The translations under genes were made by a program, and so were the position numbers. Under the pieces are notes generated by a model that saw only the letters and a list, made by a program, of their open reading frames with translations, was not told where the DNA came from and did not search any database. From Felis catus (lineage: Eukaryota), in NCBI RefSeq assembly GCF_018350175.1, contig NC_058373.1:117740001-117804000 (forward strand): DNA of 64,000 nucleotides, written 5' to 3'. Shown piece after piece: positions 1 through 10,575 of this stretch. Each line of letters opens with the position of its first letter. Position 1 is the stretch's first letter.

Positions 1-210
1 TAGGGAGAGACTGCTGATAGCCTTTGTGGCTAATTTATTTCTGTCACGTCTTAACACATAACCATGTAACATCACCAAGGCCTCCAACAGAATTTCGAAG
101 AAGAAAAAACCAATCACTCCTCACTTACCACATCCAACTGGCAGAAATAAAAATACCTAAAGCACATACATGAATGGCTTTTTTAAAAGCCCGAGAGAGC
201 AGAGGTGATC

Positions 211-270
211 TTTATTTTCTCATTAAAAATGTGGGGTCTTTTTCCTTAGCGTTAATATGAAGTCTTTATT
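211..270 (-). terminator. Pair of AATAAA signals (265-270, 211-216) ending a 3'UTR-like block
   Basis: Two hexamers, with a third at 34-39, downstream of AU-rich UTR-like sequence. Confidence 0.45.
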
Positions 271-2365
271 TAACATTAAGTAACTCTTTTGATTTCGTGT
301 CTTCACAAAATTGCTTTTAACTTTTGAAGTAGAAGGTACTTTAAACAAAAATACTGTGCCACGCCGGCACTTTTTTTCTTTTAAATATTGAAATAAATAA
401 AATAGTTAACTCTTTTTTTTTTTTTTCCGTCAGTTTGTTCATGTTCAGTTATTTCTACGGTAGAGCACTTCCAGTCTGACCTGGGTACTTTCTCAGAGAC
501 ACTTAAAGAAAATGTAATGAAGGATTTTAAAAAGGAAAAAAAAAAATATATCTTCTTATTGCACACACTTAGGCCATTCCCAAGACTTCTCTGAGCTGAG
601 CTGAGCTGAGTTGCGCTGGAGGCTTTTCCACAATCCAGGCTCCTGTGTTGGCTGAAACACACGCGCAGGAGGGGGCCGGGCAAGGGAAGAGGAAGAGGAG
701 GAGGAGGACAAGGAGGAGGAGGCGCAAATCAACGTGGCTCCTTTTCACCTTCTTCAGAAATGGCTTGCTTGAAGGATGCCGGAGTCCCCAGGTCATAGAG
801 TTGACTGCAGAGGGAAAGGCAACGAAAGATAAAACAAAAAACAACAGCACAGGACAACTACCTAAAAAAAGGAAAGATTAAAATGAAGGGGGTGGTGGAA
901 ATGACATGAACTGAAAAGAAAAAAAAAGAAGAAAGAAAGAGAACATACTACCTACGGCCATGCTAATGAGACCATGGCTATGTGCAAGGAGAATGTGGCT
1001 CGTGTCTCCTGTGCCCTGAGCGTCAGCAGCACGAGGTCGGCCAGAAATAGGGCAGGTCAGCTGCACTTGGGCAACCAACGGACACAAGAAACAGAGGGGA
1101 CACAGCTGGATTTTCAAATCCTAGGTGGTGTAGCAGACAAAACCGGATGCTGGCAAAATCTATCATTTTTTTCTCCTCTACTTGGAAGCTGAATCTTTTC
1201 ACTGTTAAAATGCCCCAGAAGGACCGTTACGATGCAATCTGTCTGCCTGTCACCTAAGTGGAAATGAGTTGTTCTACGGTGTAGGACGAGTGGCAATTAC
1301 AAAAACCCCAACCGATGCCCCATGTGGCCTCAGGCCCAAAGGACACTGCTTCACGCACACACCCTCACCTCCAACCCCAAGTGATTCCAGGGTGTCAGAA
1401 TTACTCAGGGAGAGAACCAAGCCAAAAGATCCATTCCAGTCCTCAACTAGCCCAGTGATCCCAACTGTCAGCCTTGGAACCTGGTGGCAGTTCAATCCTG
1501 GTGGGTCCTTTAGCCAGGATGAGTACCAACCAGGAATGGATTTGGCTTCTAGCTGAAATGAAATCTGCTAAGTTATTTTAGGCTTTGGAATGGAGTAGTC
1601 TGCACAAAGGAGGAAGCAATAAAACCAAGTATTATCACATTTCACCCCAGAAGCAGTCCCTGAAGGCAGAGATGCGTGCCCCTAAACAGTGCCCGTGTCA
1701 CGTTGGGCTGGGTGGCAAGGGAGAGAGGAAAGGAGGGAGGGGCCCAACTGGAAAATGGCCAAGGCAGCAGGGAACAAACCTCAAAACCAAATGAGTGGCT
1801 CAGCCTCCTCCAGGTTGAACCCCTCCATCCCCCATCTTTCTTTGTAGTACCTAAGGCCTTACTCACTGGTCAGGGGCACAGGACTGGTATAGAAGCACTT
1901 CCAAAACTGAGACTCTATCTGTATACTTATGTTTTCAAGGGGTGGCTGAGAAGAGCCTCATTTCTACCCACCACCAAGCCATCCCCTGACCTCTTCTCCT
2001 ATTTCCTTCCCCTCCATCCCATCCCATGCCCTTCCACTGTCTCACCTCTCAGATGTGCTTTCTTGGTGTCCTTTCCCAGACCCAGTCCTCATCACTAGTG
2101 CTCATCTCTTCGCTGTCCCACCTGCCTCTAGCCCCTTCGCTCCTCTGATAAAATTAGTTGGCCTTCACAGCCCCCACAGATGCCTGCCAAGTGTACTCTT
2201 GTTGGGCACCCAAATTTTCACTCCCCACCAGGAGTGTTTCTGTCCCTCTCCCAGTGCCCCCGACCCCTCCGGTCAGATATCACCTACCACTCTTCTACTG
2301 AGTCTGTCTCATAATCATACCTTCATGACCCTCCAGTTTCCTCAAATTTTCATCCTTGGCCCCCC

Positions 2366-2368
<3 letters not shown>

Positions 2369-2414
<46 letters not shown>
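2369..2414. repeat. (CA)n microsatellite
   Basis: Direct inspection. Confidence 0.95.
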
Positions 2415-2416
<2 letters not shown>

Positions 2417-3514
2417 TTCTTCTTTTGTTCCATTTAAGCCACCTGGAAAATAGCTGGTTGGTTCCCAACTTTGTGCTCCTAACATCCATTTTCTCCTTCA
2501 TTTTCTCTGGCTGGGCCAACTGCAGGCCATTGAAAATGTCCCGCTGCGCCTCAATCCCCTTCAAGGAGGCTACTTTTCCATCCCTCCACATATCCTCAAC
2601 TTCCTCCCCGCCCCCCCCCCCCCCCCGCCTCTGGTCCTCACACCCTCATTCTTCCTCCTAACCCCCCACCGCTCCTTTACTGGCTCCTGGATCTCTTCAA
2701 CCCCCTCTGACTTGACCAATGGATGCTGTGTCCAGAAAGGACCTCTCTAACATTTCTGTCCACAGTATTTATTGAGCATCCCCTATGTATGGAATGAGAC
2801 ACTAAATCCTTCCACTAATCAGCTCAGAAGCATTGCTCAGTGCTCAGTTTATTTCAACAAATAATTATGGCACAATGGTGTCAGGCACTGTCTGAGGGAC
2901 ACGAATGACATCATCTTTGCCCTCAAGGAACACATCATCTGTTTGATGAGAAAGACTACGAACAGTCATATTATAATAAGCGCTAAACTAGTAGCATGAA
3001 CAAAATACTACAGAACGATACTGAAGCATATGTTCGCATTATGATTTTCGCCATCTTACATGGTTTGGGTGGCGACCCCCAGCTTTGCCTTTTGTTCAGC
3101 TCCATCTCCATTCTCTCTGACAACAGACATTCTTGCCAACACAGTAAATAGCACTAGCCAATCTGGAGCTCTTAGTTGATCTGGATGACTTCGTCCAAGA
3201 AAATCTCCCTGACCACGGTGGTCCCCAGCAAAAATAATTACATATCACCCCATGATGCACTTATACATTTTTAACTACTTGTAAATATCTAGTCTGCCCA
3301 ACTAGATTGCCAAAAATCCAGCAGACACCAATTCCATTGGCCCCATGTTTAATTTCATCCTATCCTTCACAGGGCTGAACAGTTGTACGCGTGCTGATGC
3401 TATTCAGTCTCTAGTTGTTAAATAAACAAAGGTATATATGAAAGAAAGTATTCGCATCCCAAGTGCATAAACATGGTATCCTGAACCTGAGCTGAAAGGA
3501 CAAAGGTCTGAATC

Positions 3515-4010
3515 ACCAATAGTGGGAGACATCAATCATATACCCCCTGATAGGAGGCCCTGAGAAGGATGCAACATCATTTCTGTGGCACTCTCACCCG
3601 AATTCATAACCTGACTGTAACTCTTAGAAAACAGTACACAAACCTGAAGTGAAGGGCTTCTATAAATTGATTACCCAGTAGTCTTCAAAAAGCATCAAGG
3701 TATGAAAGATAAGGAAAGACTATGGAACTAATGACTACAGATTAAAGGGCGTTAAGAGGACAAGACAACTAAATACGACATGTGATCCTAGATGAATCCT
3801 GGACTAGAAAGAAGACATCGGTGTGACTACTGGAAGAATCTGTATAAGGCCTGTAGATTGTGAGGCATTGCATCAACGTTAATTTCCTGATCGTGATCAT
3901 GGTACTGAGATTATCTGAAGAATCTAAGTACAGAGTACATAGAAATTCTTTGTATCATTTGTGTGAGTTTCTCTGTAAAATCTGAGATTATTTCAAAATT
4001 AAAAAATGTT
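3515..4010 (+). mobile_element. Old L1M (L1MC/MD-like) 3'UTR fragment
   Basis: Motifs gacaactaaat..tgtgatcctagat..atcctgga and tctgtaaaatctgagattatttcaaaatt. Confidence 0.7.
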
Positions 4011-4711
4011 TAAGTCTTACTCATTGGTTGAGGGTCAGTATTGAGATACTTTGTAAACCTAACTGCCAAAGCTTTTAGCTAATAACTCAGTTCTGAAGGG
4101 GACCTTCCATCATTCTCAGCTGTTTTGTAAATCAATCAAGCAGAATGGTTTTTCCTGTACTGTTATTTTGAGAAAATGGTCAGAAATCACTTTTATTAAG
4201 CACCACAGTACCATATAATTCAATTCTTTAGTGTTAGAGGCACTCAGGCATGTGAAGTGTTCATTCCCTCCACCTCATCACTTCCACCCTCACCCCCACC
4301 CTGATGTCACCATCAAAACATTGGCCACGTAAGAAACTCAACCTTAGTTCCTTGGGAAAGTTCATAAGGACTTCAATACTGCTACTTTTCAGCAGGGTTC
4401 TGATGTGATCATAGGTTGGGTTTTGTTTTATTTTATTTTTACAGCATTGAATACCTCCTTTCAACCCAATAAGGTCTTGAATGAAAAGACCTCAAAAGCC
4501 CTTGACTCCTTTTACTCAAGAAATCTTCAAACTATGATCAACGGAGAAGTCAGTGTAGACTGTGGAAAGATTATTAGGAGACTCAAACACCGTTTCCTGA
4601 GCCTGGAACTTCAGACAGTCACCTAACGTGATCAGTCTGTTTCCTCATCAGTAAAATGGGAATGAATGACATCTATCCTACCCCACAGGATTGCTTTAAG
4701 AATCATCATGT

Positions 4712-4936
4712 GGGGCGCCTGGGTGGCGCAGTCGGTTAAGCGTCCGACTTCAGCCAGGTCACGATCTCGCGGTCCGTGAGTTCGAGCCCCGCGTCGGGCT
4801 CTGGGCTGATGGCTCAGAGCCTGGAGCCTGTTTCAGATTCTGTGTCTCCCTCTCTCTCTGCCCGTCCCCCATTCATGCTCTGTCTCTCTCTGTCCCAAAA
4901 ATAAATAAACGTTGAAAAAAATTAAAAAAAAAAAAA
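4712..4936 (+). mobile_element. Can-SINE (young felid SINEC_Fc type)
   Basis: tRNA-derived head ggggcgcctgggtggcgcagtcggttaagcg, (CT)n, A-tail; TSD aagaatcatcatg on both sides; inserted into a MIR. Confidence 0.95.
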
Positions 4937-5951
4937 GAATCATCATGAGATAATATTGATTATATATTATGATAGGGTAAAAAAAAAATCCATGTGCTAA
5001 GGATAGAGAAATTGATGCAGAGATTCATGGCAACAAACTCACACAGGGACTGAGTCCAGAACCCAGAACTTTTTATTTCTACTCTAGGTTTCTACTCACT
5101 AGATCAAAAACGCCTCCCTCCAAAAGTATACAACGCAATTCACTTCACTTCCAAAGGCTAAACCACATCTCCTGTGGAAAAATTCCTAATATATGAGCCT
5201 GTTCAAACTTTAAGTACAAGTTCAAGATCATATTCATCAGATGTAACAGGAGGCATATTGGGATAATATTAATTAATTTTATTCCACCATGAAGTGAGTA
5301 CCTCCAAACAGCTTTTAGTTCTCTCCCCGAGTAATGATCTTGTGTTCCCTCAAGTGCTATATAAAGGCAATCGCAGGCTGCAGCCCATTAGGTGCAGAGA
5401 GGGATGCACAGTAAGCAGGAAGGTTTAAAGGGGTACAATTGATGTGAACATCATATTTTTATTAAATCCTTCTCTCTAAAATACCAGTAGCAAATTGCAT
5501 TACTGACTTTAAAGTACCTTTAAAAAATTAAATGCGTATTTCTCACTCCCTGGGTTACAGAATACAGAACCCGATTTCTACAGTCTCAGTAACAGAAATA
5601 AAGGATTAGATTGTTCTAGGCGGGAAAAAACATCAGACAGACAGCAAGAGTCATCACTTTTACATCAACAGTTCTCCCCAGGGGATTTGAAGGTTGTAAC
5701 AAATTTAGAAAGTTCTATATCTTTGGTTCTCCTATCTTTGGGTTAAGACGAAAAAAATTAGGTGACACTTCTGAAGCATTCTGGGTGGTGCTTTCCTGAG
5801 CTGAGGACAAAGGAAACTAGTCAGATCGTTTTCATCTTGATGACTAATTTTTTTTTATATGGAACTTGAGCAGTGCTACTCATTTAACAAAAGCAACAAC
5901 AAAACAATAGATGTGTTCACTGCTCACACAGCGCTTGCAACTCCTGAGGTC

Positions 5952-5966
5952 ACACACACACACACA

Positions 5967-6015
<49 letters not shown>
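5952..6015. repeat. (CA)n microsatellite, one interruption
   Basis: Direct inspection. Confidence 0.95.
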
Positions 6016-6017
<2 letters not shown>

Positions 6018-6241
6018 GGGACTTCATTCCTAATAGGCATCAAGAGGGAATGTCTAGAAATGATGGTTTTGAAGATGAGTTCTCTGTGACATTCTGCACA
6101 GAATTTTAACTGGAATTGTACTTTGGGTGGTCTAATTGTCTACTCTTCAGGCTTGAAATTGCTTTTAATAAGGTTATCTTTTAAAACTGTATTCATTACA
6201 AACGTCCCTTTCTTTGGTTGGACCTGAGAAAAAGTGAGGGA

Positions 6242-6242
<1 letters not shown>

Positions 6243-6285
<43 letters not shown>

Positions 6286-6312
6286 CATCCATCAGCCATC
6301 CATCTATCTATA
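6243..6312. repeat. (ATCT)n/(ATCC)n tetranucleotide microsatellite
   Basis: Direct inspection. Confidence 0.95.
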
Positions 6313-6719
6313 TCTTCCCCACTTTGAGGAAGTATTCGTTGGAAAAGGAGTATTAGTTGAAAGGAGAGCCAATTAAACCATAATCAAAGGAGGCATTATA
6401 GTTCCAGAAAAAGCTCAAGGAAAAGTATTACAAGCAACTGTAGGAGCTATTGGATCAGGCTCTAAAGGAAAGGGTTGAGAGATTCACCCAGTTAGCATAA
6501 AAGTTGGAAATAAACTTCTTCTCCCAGAATACAGAAGCACCAGAGTAGCTCTAGATGAGAAGGATTATTTTTTATTTAGAGACAGTGGATGACATTGTTG
6601 GAAAGTATGCAGATTGACATAAATAACTACTTAAATGGCATCACGTGAAGCTGCCCATTCCACTGAAGTTCTGAAAGCTTTCATGATGTCCGTGTCTCTA
6701 TTTTAAAATAAACTAATGA
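6311..6719 (+). pseudogene. HSPE1: HSPE1 (Hsp10/Cpn10) processed pseudogene
   Basis: Intronless translation VLVERRAN*TIIKGGIIVPEKAQGKVLQATVGAIGSGSKGKG*EIHPVSIKVGNKLLLPEYRSTRVALDEKDYFLFRD..DIVGKYAD*; in-frame stops at 6374 and 6476, a frameshift near 6587, 3'UTR with AATAAA at 6707-6712; start codon region absent. Confidence 0.93.
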
Positions 6720-6955
6720 GGGCGCCTCGGTGGCTCAGTCGGTTGAGCGTCTGACTTCGGCTCAGGTCATGATCTCGCGGCTCGTGAGTTCGAGCCCCAC
6801 GTCGGGCTCTGTGCTGACAGCTCAGAGCCTGGAGTCTGCTTCGGATTCTGTGTCCCTCTCTCTCTCGGCCCCTCCCTCGCTCATGCTCTGTCTCTCTCTC
6901 TTTCTCCCAAGAATAAGTAAAACATTTTTTTAAAATTTTAATAAAAAATAAAATA
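6720..6955 (+). mobile_element. Can-SINE inserted at the 3' end of the HSPE1 pseudogene
   Basis: Can-SINE head, CT-rich body and A-rich tail. Confidence 0.92.
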
Positions 6956-7044
6956 ACGATATTCAAACTTCAAAAATTATAAATAAAAAAATATTAACCT
7001 ATCTATATTCCTATATTCCATACATAGGAATGTGCAAGTGGCAG

Positions 7045-7290
7045 CACAGAACAAGGGTAAAGGAATACAGGTCCTGGAGTCAGGTTGCCAGGGATCGAAA
7101 TCTGGCTCCTTATTATCTGTGAGGGCTTAGGTACATTTCTTAACCTTATTACTAAGCCTCAGTTTCCATATTTGTAAACTGGGGCTAAGACAAGCACCTA
7201 CTTCCTGGGGTAATCATGAGGATTAAATAAACTATCCTAAAGAAAACACTCAGAAAATGCCTGATACATAAATATTGGCCATCATTATGT
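7045..7290 (+). mobile_element. MIR SINE. Further MIR fragments at approx. 4590-4700, 16960-17110, 21680-21850, 23790-23975, 31310-31470, 32420-32580, 37340-37560, 38690-38830, 40930-41110, 41220-41410, 42870-43070, 46110-46310, 51500-51780, 54170-54370, 56160-56280, 60390-60560
   Basis: MIR core gcctcagtttcc..tgtaaa..ggg..taa..cacctac, or its reverse complement. Confidence 0.7.
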
Positions 7291-7964
7291 AGAGAAAAGG
7301 GGATAAAGTATAACATCAACCATCAAGGCATTCGAAAACCCATGACAGCCAGCTCCCCGCCTCCTGTGCCTCCTCTGCGTTTCCTTCCTTCACCTTAAGA
7401 CATTTGTCTTCAAAGCCACGTTCATGCCAGTCTCTCAAACCTCACTCAACCTCTCTGGATTGATCTTTCTCAACTGAAAAGTGGAAAACTTGAACTGGAT
7501 CATCTTCAAAGTGCCCTCCAGTTCCTTTTTGTTTTTTTAAAGGATGTAAATTCTGACTGAGTCTGTTGGAAGATACTATAAGCAAGGTGAGACAAGGAGC
7601 TCAGGCAATGCTACGACACATTACTACGCTTGGCTGGCCACACCAAATGAGAAAGATGAGGACATCTACTACCCCCAAAAGGAGAAACTGAAGCCCAAGC
7701 TCTGCTAGTAAAATTAAAATAGATAAGCAATGGCCATCCTTGGATAAATCTTTCCATGGGAGTTTGCCTTGTGTAGACAGTTCATTTTGGTTCTCCTTCC
7801 GAGCCCCAAGCTAGAACTCCGAAACTAGGTGGCTTTTTGTAATTTAAATTTAGTCGATTTTTTTTTTTTAACTTCCAGTTCAAAGGCAAGCTGTCCTTGA
7901 AAATTTTAGGACTACAAACAACTATACGGATTTCAAATGATAGTATAGATCGGTTGGACATATT

Positions 7965-7970
7965 TTTATT
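7965..7970 (-). terminator. Candidate more distal polyadenylation signal AATAAA
   Basis: tttatt on + strand, followed on the minus strand by a GT-rich tract (gtatagttgtttgtagt). Confidence 0.4.
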
Positions 7971-9264
7971 AACTTGGAAGCTCACACTTCATCAACGAGA
8001 GCAAGTTACAATGCTATGAATCCAACAGCTAAGTCAAAGTAACAGAACAGATGACAAGGAGGAGAATGACAGGAAGAGCAGGCTGCATCCTCAGCAGAAA
8101 CCAACTGGAACCAACTACAAGGGCTTTTTCACACACGTGAGCATGCAGGAATATTACAGCACAGGAGGTTTCTTCCGTATTTGCTAGGAACAGGGCCACA
8201 CGCAGATGAGGCAGAACACCCCCAAAGTGGGTGAGGTTGTTCTGTCCTCTCACAACTGAGAGCAAATGCCCAGGTCAGCTCTTACACATTTCAAGCAGGA
8301 GAAACGTAGGAGTCCCTTCCGTCTCAGGCTACCAGGGAAGCACAAAGAGTCCATTTGTGGGTTTCTTTGCTTAGTCTTTGCTTTTGTTCGGTTGGTTTGT
8401 TATTTTAATGAGAGGTCTAATTCAGGAAGATTTGCAAAGCCCGGATTGTCAGAGCAGATCTTCCCAAACCCTTGCAAGCAGCCTGTTGCCTGGGCAGCTA
8501 CTTGGATCTCCCAACCCAAGCCAAATGGCAGTGCCCATGTCTCTGGACCTGTGCTCCCATGGAGGCTGGAGACCCTGACCACACTGATCCAAAGAAGTTC
8601 AGAACCTTCAGATCAGCTCAGCTGAGTATTTTCCTAATCAGAGGTCCTCTTTAATTTGGACTCATCCCCTTGGCTGTAAAATGGGAACGTGGAGCAAGGA
8701 ATACCACCCTGGACATGCAGACCCCATGTGGCCGTACTCGCTTCATTCCACCCGAGTACAGCAGCCAGCTCCGACCTCCGATCCCTGGACTCCACCTGCC
8801 AGGTGCAGCCAAAGGAGGCAGACTTAGCCAAGCACTTCCCCCAGCCATTTTCTCTGATGGTTGAAGCCAGAAGCCAGGAGCCCACCATTCTCCGTACAGG
8901 GCCCATCCCATAGTCCAAGCAAGCCTCAGTTCCCACACGAGGCCGGGGCCCACGTGGGTAAGCATGCACACACAGAAAGCAGAGGGCCAGGCGGAGGACA
9001 CGCCGGTAGCCACACCCACGCTAACATGGCGGTGGGAACCCAGAAAAACAAAAGACAAGCCGGGGGGAGGAAAAGGAAAGAAAGAAGGGAAAAAAAAAAA
9101 AAAACGATCAAACAAAAAACAAACAAAAAAAAAACCAACTATGATGGTTTTGCCCTCACTGTAAGACAGGCCGGCTAAGACATACCTTTTGACTAGGACT
9201 GCACAGCTGTTCGTTCTTGGGACTGCGACAAGGTGGATGGTCTTCTCCATCGCCCCAGGGACCT

Positions 9265-10375
9265 TGAGCAAGTGTTGCTTTGGTTTATTTCAGGAGGTGC
9301 TATTGGAAACATAAAACAAAGTGCCTGGAGGGCACTATAAAAAAAAATAGAAGAAGAGACACGGGAGACTTGATCATCCAACGGGAATTTATGTTTGTAA
9401 ACAGGGGCCAAGGGGAGAGGGAAATATACTGTGAGGTATCATTCTTTCTTCCATGAGCGCGGCCTCGGGTTGCTTTGTCACCGCTGAGTCCATGACTTTC
9501 TGTTTATATTCCATTCCTGCATTTGGAAATTGCTCTTCGCCAGGAGGAAAGTGAGGAAAAACCCAGCAACGACACCACAGCGGCTATGCTGGCGGAGGGG
9601 AGGAGCCCAGGAGGCGCTGGAGGGAGGCCACACGCGGAGGCCCAGACTTCCCAGGAGCTGCTGACATTTTCTCGCAAGCAGGGAGGAAGATGGAAAGGTC
9701 AGGGAGCAGAAATGGGGAGGGGGTCTGCCGTAGGGAGCCACACACTCCGTGGGGTACAGAAAGTGCCATCATCTGCAGGCGAGGAAATCCTCCTGACTAG
9801 GTGTCCTTGAATCAACCCCTCCCCCAGCGGCTCTCTCCCAAGCAGGATATCACTTCAATTGCTTTGATTTCCCTTCGCTCTCTCTCTCTCTCTCTCTCTC
9901 AAAAAAAGGTCCATTTCTAATCATAGCTAGAATACATAAATAATAATTTTTAATGTTATTCGTTCTTTGTTTCCAAACCCAATGTTCCTCCTCTCTTCAT
10001 TTTGCCAATAAATGGGAAAACTGAGGAAATCGACTCTGCTCGTGTCAGAAAGATCCCCTCCCCCCCCCCAAAGAGAGACAATCCACCTAACTTCCCATTT
10101 CTATGGAAAATAAACAGTACTTCATGATGCCATCTCTCTGAAGGACTGTTATCCTGCTCTTTTGTTCTGCTTTGTTTCAGTAGTTTGTGCTTCGGCTGTA
10201 CATACCCAGAACGGAGGGGAAGGGGGAAAGGATGCGAGGAAGGAGACGGGAGAAAGCAAGGATGGAGGGAAAACCTAAAGTTGACTTTCATTGAAAAAAA
10301 ATATATATCAGACCCAGAATAACGACCAAAGTCAGAGGGTGGCGGCTAGTCGCCCAGAGAGTCTGGTCCGTGGGT
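9265..10375 (-). other. DPF3: DPF3a 3'UTR (minimum extent; true end uncertain)
   Basis: Follows the stop codon; no recognisable interspersed repeats; first AATAAA at 9284-9289. Confidence 0.7.
9284..9289 (-). terminator. Candidate proximal polyadenylation signal AATAAA for DPF3a
   Basis: tttatt on + strand; no strong GU-rich element immediately downstream. Confidence 0.5.
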
Positions 10376-10575
10376 TTAGCAACTGCCCTTTTTATCTGCT
10401 GTGGGTGAACCCCGGCCACTGCGGCGTCCTCGGCAGGAGCGAGGCTCTTCCAAATCGTCCTCATCAAAGCCGTGGAAAGTTGACGTGTCACTTTCTGATG
10501 TGGAACCGAATAAGTCCTCCGTGGTGCGTGCTGCGGCCGCTGCCTCCTCCTTCCTGCCTTCTCCTCCCAAATGAG
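10376..10575 (-). CDS. DPF3: DPF3a-specific terminal coding exon, (A)HLGGEGRKEEAAAAARTTEDLFGSTSESDTSTFHGFDEDDLEEPRSCRGRRSGRGSPTADKKGSC-stop
   Basis: Acceptor atgtcag|CT in phase 1 with the preceding exon; TAA at 10376-10378; matches the DPF3a C-terminus as recalled. Confidence 0.96.

Noticed and set aside
4712..4790. tRNA-like A/B-box sequence
   Set aside because: It is the tRNA-derived head of a Can-SINE, not a tRNA gene
5695..5720. tttagaaagttc resembling the missing HSPE1 5' codons (FRKF)
   Set aside because: Too short and about 600 bp from the retrocopy; no ATG context
8651..9271. 206-aa minus-strand ORF past the DPF3a stop
   Set aside because: Crosses poly-T low-complexity tracts, no domain; UTR or intron sequence
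1..10375. DPF3b exons (HPTCLQFT... and PHD2)
   Set aside because: Not found in the window or ORF track; expected further downstream, beyond coordinate 1
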